DNA from: a virus
Lineage: Duplodnaviria; Caudoviricetes
DNA length: 64,000 bases
Virus record (IMG/VR): IMGVR_UViG_3300047160_010653
Location: 9,104-73,103 of that record
Strand: one strand, 5' to 3'
This document shows, one piece after another, positions 56,089 through 64,000 of this stretch; the first letter of the stretch is position 1, and each line of letters starts with the position of its first letter. The notes below the pieces were generated by a model. It was not told the DNA's origin and made no database searches. It saw only the letters and a list, made by a program, of their open reading frames with translations. Position numbers and translations under genes: made by a program.

Positions 56089-56800
56089 GGCGGCTGGCAA
56101 GAGCTGGTTTCGCATGGACCCCAGCGCACGCCTGGGCGATATCAGGCGCGATGCGATCCGGCGGCGTTACTGGGAACAGCGGCATGGGGTCAGGGATTTC
56201 AATCCCTACCACAAGCCCAAGGGACCTGAAGGCGGCCAGTTTACGTCGGAGGGCAGGTTCTCGGACGAAGAGCACCTGAAGGCGATCCGGGGCGTGGTCG
56301 GCAAGGACTTCGAGCACGATGAGGACATTCCGAAATTTTCCGGGCTGTCGTTGGGCGAACGTAACACCATCGCGGAATATTCGGACTCGAAGGCGTTCCT
56401 CGGCGTCAACGCGGCACTCCGATCGGGCAAGCCGACGCCGGAGGTGCGGGACTTCGCCGACAAGCTCGACAGCGCGCTTGACCGCATCGAGGATTTTGGG
56501 GCGACGTCGTACCGTGTCGGCAGCAACAAGCCCGAGGTTCTGCAGGCTTACCAGAAGGCGGTCGGGAAGGTTATTCGCGAAGAGAGTTTTATGAGCACGG
56601 CGCGCTCGGGGAGCACCTATCTCGAAAACCGCCGTTTGGTGAATTTTACCATCGAGGGCAAGCATGGTAAGGATATTTCGCGCATCGCCAGAGAACGCGG
56701 AGAGCGTGAGGTGCTGTTCAAGAGCGGTTCGCAGTTCCGGGTGAAGGCCGTCAAGGAAGCGCCTGATGGCAAGTACGATGTGACGCTGGAGGAAGCATGA
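56057..56800 (+). CDS. VIP2/Alt-like mono-ADP-ribosyltransferase
   Basis: Y-S ... VNAALRSG; R (SYRV), S (SFMSTA), ExE (GEREVLF) triad. Confidence 0.85.
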   Translation: MIKIDLSEIDKAAGKSWFRMDPSARLGDIRRDAIRRRYWEQRHGVRDFNPYHKPKGPEGGQFTSEGRFSDEEHLKAIRGVVGKDFEHDEDIPKFSGLSLGERNTIAEYSDSKAFLGVNAALRSGKPTPEVRDFADKLDSALDRIEDFGATSYRVGSNKPEVLQAYQKAVGKVIREESFMSTARSGSTYLENRRLVNFTIEGKHGKDISRIARERGEREVLFKSGSQFRVKAVKEAPDGKYDVTLEEA

Positions 56801-58266
56801 GCGGGGTGCCGGACATTCTGGACGAGACCCCGCCAGGGATGTTGGAGGACGGCACCCTCAACATTGTCGAAGAACTTGACGATTTTGATCCCGATCAGCC
56901 GCGCGATCCGCACGGACGGTGGACCAAGCTCGAAGGCTCGGAGGGTCATGAGAAGTTGATCTCGTCGCGCAACATTACAGCCAAGGGGGTTGGCGAAGAG
57001 GGAAAAGGGGAGCTTGAGAAGGCACGGCGCCAGTACAAGCGCATTGACATTAAGGCGTCTGAAGAGGACTCCGAGCTGCACGCGTTTAACGTCGGCCTGT
57101 TTAAGGACAAGCGGTTTTATCCGGGTATGCAGCCAGCAGAATTGCGCGGCAAATCGACATCAGAGATGGCTGATGCCTTGCGCGATCGCATGGCGGACAA
57201 TCTGGTGTATCTGGCCAGGAAGGTAAAAGAAGGCTACTTCGGTTCGAAAGAAGATTTCGAGAACTGGCGCCACTGGTACGAGGGCGCGCATTCGATTGCC
57301 GATAGTGAAGGCAAGAAGGCGGGCATCGATGTGGCCTCGGCATCTGGCGTGGTCGCTGCGTTGTCGCCGCAGAGTGAATGGTTCGCCAACGTCTACCAAG
57401 CCCGCACTGTCATGGATACGCTGACTAATAAGCGCGACATGAAGTGGGACGATAAGATGACCAAAGTCGGCAATAGGATTTGGTCAAAAGGCGCGATGGT
57501 CGACGAATACCCCGAGATCAAAGGCAAGTCGCTGCGCGAGTTAGAGGGTGATACTCCAGAGGCTCAGCAGCGCATGGCGATGTGGATCAGGACCGAGAAC
57601 GAAGCGCATTCGGACCGACACTTTCCGATGATCAATCCGGATGGTACGTCCGGGGAGATCGCGAAAACTGATAAAGGCAAGCCGAAGATAGCAGCATGGA
57701 AAAACACGACTGTCATCACCAACGCAGTAGCTGCATATCGATCGAAGGGTGATCTGAAGACGCTTTTTGATGCAATGGGCAAGAAGCACAAGGTTCGATC
57801 GTTCTACAACAACATCCTTGACCCCAACTCTGCGAACCACGATGTGACCATTGACACGCATGCGGTCGGCGCCGCGTGGTTGACGCCATCGACACAAAAC
57901 GATGTCTCGGTGGTGCATAACCTGAAATCGACAATGGTCAAGAAAGACCAGCCGGAAGGCTATGTCGGCGCGTCTGGCAGCGCGGTCACCGGCGTGCAGG
58001 GTACTTATCCGATCTACGCCGATGCTTACCGGCAGGCGGCAAAGGCAATGAACGTGCAGCCGCGTGAGTTGCAGTCGATTGTATGGGAAGCCAAGCAGCG
58101 TCTGTTCGGCGATACGCAAACCGGCAAGCGAGTAAAGACGGCAGTCGGCGAGGTCTGGAAAAAGTTCAATCGAGGCAAGCTCACGATCGATGAAGCGCGC
58201 GAGCAAGTATTCACGACCGCGCGCAAGACACTGATGGATATGTTTTGGCAATGGATGAGAGCCTAA
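56797..58266 (+). CDS. Head-associated protein with HhH-GPD glycosylase-like fold (DUF7178-like)
   Basis: WY ... VVAALSPQSEWFAN; KVRSFYNNIL; VTIDTHA; AYRQAAK ... LQSIVWE. Confidence 0.6.
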   Translation: MSGVPDILDETPPGMLEDGTLNIVEELDDFDPDQPRDPHGRWTKLEGSEGHEKLISSRNITAKGVGEEGKGELEKARRQYKRIDIKASEEDSELHAFNVGLFKDKRFYPGMQPAELRGKSTSEMADALRDRMADNLVYLARKVKEGYFGSKEDFENWRHWYEGAHSIADSEGKKAGIDVASASGVVAALSPQSEWFANVYQARTVMDTLTNKRDMKWDDKMTKVGNRIWSKGAMVDEYPEIKGKSLRELEGDTPEAQQRMAMWIRTENEAHSDRHFPMINPDGTSGEIAKTDKGKPKIAAWKNTTVITNAVAAYRSKGDLKTLFDAMGKKHKVRSFYNNILDPNSANHDVTIDTHAVGAAWLTPSTQNDVSVVHNLKSTMVKKDQPEGYVGASGSAVTGVQGTYPIYADAYRQAAKAMNVQPRELQSIVWEAKQRLFGDTQTGKRVKTAVGEVWKKFNRGKLTIDEAREQVFTTARKTLMDMFWQWMRA

Positions 58267-58421
58267 CACCAGGACAGGAGGCAATCCTGTCGATCATGCG
58301 CAAGCATGGCGTGCCGATCACGCGCGCGAATTATATTGCGACCAACTGGCCCGATTACGATCCAGAGACCTGGACAGCCGAAGATGAGGCCGAGTTACCC
58401 GAGTTCTTGCAGCAGAAATAG
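58251..58421 (+). CDS. Small acidic protein (56 aa, below the ORF-track cutoff)
   Basis: MDESLTPGQEAILSIMRKHGVPITRANYIATNWPDYDPETWTAEDEAELPEFLQQK; overlaps the upstream stop. Confidence 0.6.
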   Translation: MDESLTPGQEAILSIMRKHGVPITRANYIATNWPDYDPETWTAEDEAELPEFLQQK

Positions 58422-58530
58422 CCCCGAAGGGCCGCTGATGTTTTAGCCAGCACCCAAGTACTGATTAACCAAACATTTTGAAGCCCACCCAACTCGCTCA
58501 GGTCTCCTGAGCGAGTGATGGAGCACGTCT

Positions 58531-61320
58531 ATGCCATACGGTAGCAAAGACATCCCCAGCGGAACTGAAAAGGTGCCTGCTCACGGACAGGCTATCTACC
58601 GGGCTGCCTTCAATGCCGCCTACAAAAAATACGGTGAGGCCAAGGCTCACGCCATCGCCTGGGCCGCTGTCAAAACCAAGTTCAAAAAGAAGGGCGACAA
58701 GTGGGGAACAAAAGATGGTGATCTCCTGGGGCACCCGTTCAGAGGCAACCAGTACACTTCTGGTCAAGGAGGTGGTGAAGAGAGTGGCGCAGAAGCTCGG
58801 GGTGCGGCTTCCGAAAACTGGCAGCATGGCAACAACCATAACCACCCCGGCGAAGGCTACTCGGCGGAAGCCAAGGTCGACGAACACGGAGTGATTCACA
58901 CCACGAATGTCGACGATGCGGCATTGGCGCTATCAGAGAATCGCAAGGTCGAATTGAACCAGCCGAATGAAGTGTCGACATTGCTTGATCGTTTGGGGGA
59001 TATCTCCAAGGATATGATTGCCAAGGGCGAGAAGGCCCCTGATTTTAATTTGTGCAATGTATCGGTCCACGGAACAAACCTATTCTGTTCGGAGAACCTG
59101 AATATTGAACGTGATTTCATGCCGCAGCTTGCTCCGGATGGGCAGCCGGGCGATGCCGAACATTTCGTCCAATGGATGAAGGACCGAGGCTATAGTGTTT
59201 CGAATGATACCGAATACGCCGCGCATTTGCGTGCGACGCAGAACCAGTTGAACGGCGGCAAGGTCGCCGGTGTCGCCAAGTACATGGAAACTGAAAAAGG
59301 ACGGTCGTTGCAAGACCGTCCAATCGTAGTCTCACGCGACAATTACATTCTCGACGGGCATCATTCCTGGGCCGCTAAAATTGGTTTAGACGCGCGAGAT
59401 AATATTTTAGCGGACGATAAGAAAATGAGTGTCCGCCGGGTCGACACCAACATTGTCAACCTGCTGTACGCCGCCGAGGATTTCACTGGCGGCAAGGGCC
59501 ATAAGTCGGCAAAGGACCGGAAGTGGTGGGATATCTGGTCTGAAGAGGCTCGTGAAGCCTCTGCAGAAGCGCGTCGCCGCAACAAGAAAGAAAAAGAAAA
59601 AGAAAAGCGCGGCAAGGCCAGCGAGTGGGTTGGCGGCTACCGCGTGAAAACCAAGGGCTGGGGCAGTGCGCACACGCACGCCTATGGGCACACCTCGCAG
59701 TGGGGCTCGCACGGAGATGAAGCCATGATCGACAAGGAGTTTTCTGGCGAGCGCCGCAAGGAGCTGGCCAAGAAGGGCGAAGCTATGCCCGGTGGCGGCG
59801 GGTATCCCATCGAGAACAAGGGCGATCTGAAGAATGCCATTCAGGCGTTCGGCCGCGCCAAGAACAAGGGTGCGACCAAAGCCTGGATCAAGAAGCGGGC
59901 TAAGGCGCTAGGAGCGGAGGAAATGCTCCCCGAGAACTGGGATGCGCTACCGTCGATGCTGGAGGCTATCAAGGAAGCCTGGGACGCTGTGGGTGACCGC
60001 GATTGCCCCGACTGTGGTGGCACCGGCAAGGATGACGACGGCGACACCTGTCCGACTTGCGGAGGGGACGGTTATATCGAAGACGCCGATCCGGATGATG
60101 ACGATGACGATGAGGACGAAGACGATTGCCTGAAATGCGGTGATCGCCGCAATTTCAATGATGGCGTTCTCATACTCGACGGCAAACCTCGCAAAACCAA
60201 AGACGGGTATTTAGTCGCCACCGCGCGAATAGCACGCACCGGAATCCAACTCTATCACGGCGAGGAAGTAGGCCGTCCTGACTTGCCGGTGGTGCGGGTT
60301 TATCGGCCGCCTGAAGAGGTGTTTTCCAGGCGCGCGATGCAGAGTTTGGCGCATCGCCCCATTACTTTGGAGCATCCGCCGGAGATGGTGGACGCCAAGA
60401 ACTGGAAAACTTACGCCATTGGCCACATCGGTGAAGACGTAACTCGCGACGGCGATTGCATCCGCGTGCCGATGGTGATGATGGATTCTCGCGCCATCGA
60501 TGCGTTTGACGCGGGGGTGAAAGAGCTGAGCGTAGGTTATTCCACCGATATCAAATGGGAAGACGGCGTCACTCCCGCCGGGGAAAAATACGACGCGATC
60601 CAAACTCGTATCCGAGGAAACCATTTGGCGGTTGTCCCAGCCGCCAGAGGGGGATCGCTGTTGACCATCGGGGACGACAAGAATGGAGGTTTGAATATGT
60701 CTACACGCATTGTCATCGACGGTCAGCCCATCGAGTTTGCGAGCGAGCTGGCCGCTAAGCATGTGCAGGACGCCATTGCCTTGCTATCGAAACAGTTGGC
60801 CGACGCCAAGAAAAAGGCCGGTGAAGAGGCCGAGGAGGAGCAGGAGGAAGAGAAGAAGACCCGCGGCGAGATGGATGCGCTCAAGGGCGAGATCGTCGTT
60901 CTCAAAAAGCAGCTCGAAGACGCGAAGAAAGAGCTGTCAGGCCCCGCCATGGATGCGCGCGTCAAGGAGCGCACTGAAGTGCGCATGAAGGCCGACGCTC
61001 TTATGCAGGGCAAGGTCAACTTCGACGGCAAGGAACCGGCAGAGATCAAGCGTGCGGTCGCCACCGCTCAGCTTGGTGATGTGTCGGCGATGTCGGACGG
61101 CGAAGTCGCCGGTGCGTTCCTCGCGCTCACGCGCGATGTGAAGATCGGCGGCATGAGCGGCCACGGCGTCAGCCGGATGGCCGATGCGCTTTCCGGTCTG
61201 AACTTCGGCGGCGGGTCGTTGGTCGACGCCAAGGCTCTCCGTGATGCCGCGTGGCTTGAGCGTCAGAAGGCCCAGCAGAATGCCTGGAAGGGTCCGCAGC
61301 ACACGCTGGCCAAGCAGTAA
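58531..61320 (+). CDS. Prohead protease/scaffold polyprotein (ChaB + ParB-like + Zn finger + DUF2213)
   Basis: ChaB-like MPY ... AFNAAY ... AWAAVK; IVVSRDNYILDGHHSWAA; CPDCGGTG/CPTCGGDG; DUF2213 DGYLVATARIARTG ... ELSVGY ... NHLAVV ... ARGG; acidic coiled-coil scaffold. Confidence 0.85.
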   Translation: MPYGSKDIPSGTEKVPAHGQAIYRAAFNAAYKKYGEAKAHAIAWAAVKTKFKKKGDKWGTKDGDLLGHPFRGNQYTSGQGGGEESGAEARGAASENWQHGNNHNHPGEGYSAEAKVDEHGVIHTTNVDDAALALSENRKVELNQPNEVSTLLDRLGDISKDMIAKGEKAPDFNLCNVSVHGTNLFCSENLNIERDFMPQLAPDGQPGDAEHFVQWMKDRGYSVSNDTEYAAHLRATQNQLNGGKVAGVAKYMETEKGRSLQDRPIVVSRDNYILDGHHSWAAKIGLDARDNILADDKKMSVRRVDTNIVNLLYAAEDFTGGKGHKSAKDRKWWDIWSEEAREASAEARRRNKKEKEKEKRGKASEWVGGYRVKTKGWGSAHTHAYGHTSQWGSHGDEAMIDKEFSGERRKELAKKGEAMPGGGGYPIENKGDLKNAIQAFGRAKNKGATKAWIKKRAKALGAEEMLPENWDALPSMLEAIKEAWDAVGDRDCPDCGGTGKDDDGDTCPTCGGDGYIEDADPDDDDDDEDEDDCLKCGDRRNFNDGVLILDGKPRKTKDGYLVATARIARTGIQLYHGEEVGRPDLPVVRVYRPPEEVFSRRAMQSLAHRPITLEHPPEMVDAKNWKTYAIGHIGEDVTRDGDCIRVPMVMMDSRAIDAFDAGVKELSVGYSTDIKWEDGVTPAGEKYDAIQTRIRGNHLAVVPAARGGSLLTIGDDKNGGLNMSTRIVIDGQPIEFASELAAKHVQDAIALLSKQLADAKKKAGEEAEEEQEEEKKTRGEMDALKGEIVVLKKQLEDAKKELSGPAMDARVKERTEVRMKADALMQGKVNFDGKEPAEIKRAVATAQLGDVSAMSDGEVAGAFLALTRDVKIGGMSGHGVSRMADALSGLNFGGGSLVDAKALRDAAWLERQKAQQNAWKGPQHTLAKQ

Positions 61321-61378
61321 CCGACCTCGGCTCGGGGAAAAGAGCATCCCGCAAATCAAACTGAAAGGAGTGGGCGCC

Positions 61379-61858
61379 ATGTTGCAACCGGCCCCTGTTC
61401 AAAGCACGTATGTCAGATATCAGCCTATCGCTCAGAACGGCATGCTCGCCGACGAGACCAACTCGGTCACCGACAGCAAGACTGTCGAGACCGCGGCGGG
61501 CATCGGCTTCGGGCTCGCCGTCTCTCAGGGCACCAACGACCGTGGCGTCATCCTCGGTGGCACCGCGTTTGTCGGCATCACTCGTGCCGATCCCACTATC
61601 GGCCGCGCCGATGTGTCTCCTGCGCTCACCCTTGACAGCTATCCGCAAAACGACAACGCGGCTGTGCTGGCGATGGGCGACATCTGGGTAATCCCGGACA
61701 ATGCGGTCACTGCAGGCGAAGCGGTCTACTACTCCACCACGACAGGAAAGCTCGGCCATTCCGGCGGCACGGTCATTGAGGACGCCCGTTGGATGACCGG
61801 CGCTGCCGCAGGCGCGCTCGCTCTGCTTCGGCTCGGCAATATCGCTGGCAACCGGTAA
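61379..61858 (+). CDS. Head decoration (cement) protein
   Basis: RBS AAGGAG; IGFGLAVSQG ... GDIWV ... AGEAVYY; lies between protease and capsid. Confidence 0.75.
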   Translation: MLQPAPVQSTYVRYQPIAQNGMLADETNSVTDSKTVETAAGIGFGLAVSQGTNDRGVILGGTAFVGITRADPTIGRADVSPALTLDSYPQNDNAAVLAMGDIWVIPDNAVTAGEAVYYSTTTGKLGHSGGTVIEDARWMTGAAAGALALLRLGNIAGNR

Positions 61859-61923
61859 CCCCCAACACAGCAGTTTTGGCTGTCGATAGATGCAATCGAC
61901 ATCAAACAGAAAGGATTAGTTCG

Positions 61924-62886
61924 ATGAGATTCGACATCTATGACAACCCTCAACAGGCGCTTGGTTTTCTGTTGAGCCAAACTTCCTATCTGGAGGCGGA
62001 AGTTTATAGGACGCAATACCCAGAAATTATTTACACGCAGCTGATACCTATTGATTCATCTGCGGGTGAATGGGCGAAGACCGTTACCTATTTCAGTCTG
62101 GATAAGGTCGGTCAGGCGCAATGGGTATCAAACTTCGGTACCGATATTCCGTTTGCTGATATCAATCGGAATAAGTTCGAGCAAGGTATCGAAATGGCGG
62201 GCATTGGGTATACATACTCCCTCGAGGAGTTAGGCCAAGCCATGATGATACCCGGCCTTAATCTCACGGCGGAACGCGCCGAGGCTGCAGTATTTGCGTA
62301 TGAGATGTTCATGGATAATCACGCTTATCGTGGTTCCACCGCAAAGAACATCACGGGTTTGTTTAACTCAATATACCCCACCGTGGTGACCGCGAAAACC
62401 GGCGCCGGAGGTTCGACGCACTGGTCGCTCAAGACCGCCGACGAGATCATCACCGACGTGCAGGACGCGCTTACCGGCGTGTACGAGGGATCGTTGACCG
62501 TCGAGATGGCAGATACCGTGCTGCTGCCGATTGGTGAAATGCAGAAGCTTGCCAACATTCGCATTCCCAACACCTATGGGAACGCGCTGGACTATCTGCA
62601 AAAGTACAACCTTTACACGGCCACGACCGGCGCGCCGCTTACTATCCGCGGAGTTCTCGGTCTGGATACTGCAGGCGCAGACGGCGGCGGCCGGATGATC
62701 GCCTATCGTCGCGATCCGCGCGTGCTGAAAATGCACGTCCCGATGCCGCATCGGTTCTTGCCGGTGTTTCAGCGTTCAGCGATCCAGTTCGACATTCCTG
62801 GCATCTTCCGCGTCGGCTCGGTCGAAATCCGTCGTCCCGGCGCAGTGCGCTATGTCGACGGCGTCAGCGGCGTCGGTTCGCCGTAA
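61924..62886 (+). CDS. Major capsid protein (DUF2184 family)
   Basis: QTSYLEAEVY ... YTQLIPI ... GIGYTYSLEEL ... GLFN ... DTVLLP ... MIAYRRDP ... GSVEIRRPGAVRYVDG. Confidence 0.92.
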   Translation: MRFDIYDNPQQALGFLLSQTSYLEAEVYRTQYPEIIYTQLIPIDSSAGEWAKTVTYFSLDKVGQAQWVSNFGTDIPFADINRNKFEQGIEMAGIGYTYSLEELGQAMMIPGLNLTAERAEAAVFAYEMFMDNHAYRGSTAKNITGLFNSIYPTVVTAKTGAGGSTHWSLKTADEIITDVQDALTGVYEGSLTVEMADTVLLPIGEMQKLANIRIPNTYGNALDYLQKYNLYTATTGAPLTIRGVLGLDTAGADGGGRMIAYRRDPRVLKMHVPMPHRFLPVFQRSAIQFDIPGIFRVGSVEIRRPGAVRYVDGVSGVGSP

Positions 62887-62922
62887 CCTGCCGGGCGACA
62901 GCCCGGCTACTCAGGAGTGATT

Positions 62923-63216
62923 ATGTCAGATCACGGTAAACAACCGTTTGTGCGGCCTGCGGAGCCTGATCCGGTCATGCAGCCGACGCCGCGGGAAACC
63001 AAATTGGCAGAGCTGGCCGAGGAGAACAAAGCGGTCGGACCGGTGTTCTACAATATCACCTCACCGGATACCGCGAAGGCGCTGCGCGTCGTTCATAACT
63101 TCTACGGCCGCGCCGTCGCCATCGCGCCGGGCAAGACTAAGGAGAAGGTGCCGCTGCACCCGAACTTGGCGGAGTATTTGAAGAAGGGCGATCTAAGGCT
63201 TGCGCGCTGTCCGTGA
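62923..63216 (+). CDS. Capsid-adjacent small structural protein
   Basis: RBS CAGGAG; directly after the capsid gene; RVVHNFYGRAVAIAPGKTK core. Confidence 0.6.
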   Translation: MSDHGKQPFVRPAEPDPVMQPTPRETKLAELAEENKAVGPVFYNITSPDTAKALRVVHNFYGRAVAIAPGKTKEKVPLHPNLAEYLKKGDLRLARCP

Positions 63217-63848
63217 TCAAAGGCTACGACCCCAAGCGGTACGTTGTCGAGACGGTCACCGACGCCATCGATCTTATCGTGAGTCCGACCGAAGGCATGA
63301 CGGCCGAACGACGGTGGATCGACGAGACCGTGGCGCTGATGAAGCTGTTTGAGCGCTTCATCGAGCGCACCGCGACGGTCCTCGACTACGGCTGCGGCAT
63401 TGGCCGGTTGGCCAAGCCGTTGATCGAGGAGCGTCAATGCCGTGTGGTCGGGATCGATATCAGCCCCAGCATGCGCGGGATGGCCTGTCATCTCGTCGAC
63501 AGTCCTGATTTTTGCACGATGTCGCCTGACATGTTTGATCATCTTGTGCTGGGCGAGATGTTCGACGCGGCGATTTCGGTATGGGCGCTGCAGCACTGCG
63601 CCGACGTCGATCGCGCCGTCGCACGTCTCTACGAGTCCGTATTCATCAAGGGCAAGCTGATCATCGTCAACAATCGGGACAGATGCGTTCCCGTGCGCAA
63701 GGACGAATGGGCAGACGACGGGCTCGATGTCAATCGCATGATCCTGGATGCCGGATTTCACCGAATTGAGGACGGTGTGCTCGACGAGAGCGTTGCTCCC
63801 GGGTGGATGCAGAAGGGGACGTTCTGGGCTGCGTACGAGAAGCGATGA
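63213..63848 (+). CDS. Class I SAM-dependent methyltransferase (small-molecule/glycan type)
   Basis: VLDYGCGIGRL; VVGIDISPSM; FDAAISVWALQHC. Confidence 0.85.
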   Translation: MIKGYDPKRYVVETVTDAIDLIVSPTEGMTAERRWIDETVALMKLFERFIERTATVLDYGCGIGRLAKPLIEERQCRVVGIDISPSMRGMACHLVDSPDFCTMSPDMFDHLVLGEMFDAAISVWALQHCADVDRAVARLYESVFIKGKLIIVNNRDRCVPVRKDEWADDGLDVNRMILDAGFHRIEDGVLDESVAPGWMQKGTFWAAYEKR

Positions 63849-63849
63849 G

Positions 63850-64000
63850 TTAGCGGTGTTTCCGCAAGTACGCGGCTGCAGCTTCGAGCAATTCGGGATC
63901 ATCGTTGAATTTGCCAAGGCCATGGTTGCAATGAGCACACAGCAATTCGCGGGTCTTGCCGGTTCGATGATCATGATCAACGCAAAGCCGTCGCGTTGTG
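63850..64000 (-). CDS. Endonuclease VII-type (His-Me finger) nuclease, C-terminal part, cut by the window edge
   Basis: Minus-strand frame reads ...[47 protein letters not shown]-stop; absent from the ORF track. Confidence 0.85.
   Translation of the reverse strand, partial: TTRRLCVDHDHRTGKTRELLCAHCNHGLGKFNDDPELLEAAAAYLRKHR

Noticed and set aside
1-64000. tRNA genes, integrase, attP, cI/cro lysogeny cassette
   Set aside because: No supporting motifs were found by eye; they could lie outside the window.

Overview
The whole window reads as most of the genome of one tailed dsDNA phage, about 60% GC by eye. An alphaproteobacterial (Hyphomicrobiales-like) host is inferred from the CTTGAC/CTATAT-type promoter, the ribbon-helix-helix regulator and the NusG-type regulator. 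Gene order: (1) tail operon end, 1-14.1 kb (+): tape measure, distal tail/hub, fibres and a four-enzyme glycosyl/methyltransferase. (2) Leftward block of small genes, 14-24 kb (-), with an SNF2 helicase, DUF932 and a VRR-NUC nuclease. (3) Replication module, 27-34 kb (+): Cas4-like exonuclease, SSB-like protein, family A polymerase, prim-pol, D5/P4-type helicase and a candidate iteron origin. (4) Methyltransferase/ParB block. (5) Late operon, 36.8-63.8 kb (+): MT-A70, NusG-like regulator, terminase with a class 3 intein, about 8 kb of accessory genes (Acb2/Tad1-like and Tad2-like sponges, nested two-frame C5 methyltransferase, dual-domain endolysin, collagen fibre), portal, a very large MuF protein and neighbours carrying four ADP-ribosyltransferase-fold domains and a glycosylase-like protein, a DUF2213 protease polyprotein, decoration protein and DUF2184 capsid. 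The most striking pattern is a set of short peptide tags, each preceded by Asp, that head almost every effector module in the head cluster, suggesting a modular capsid-cargo system. I saw no integrase, tRNA or CRISPR array. All family assignments come from motif recognition by eye, not database searches.
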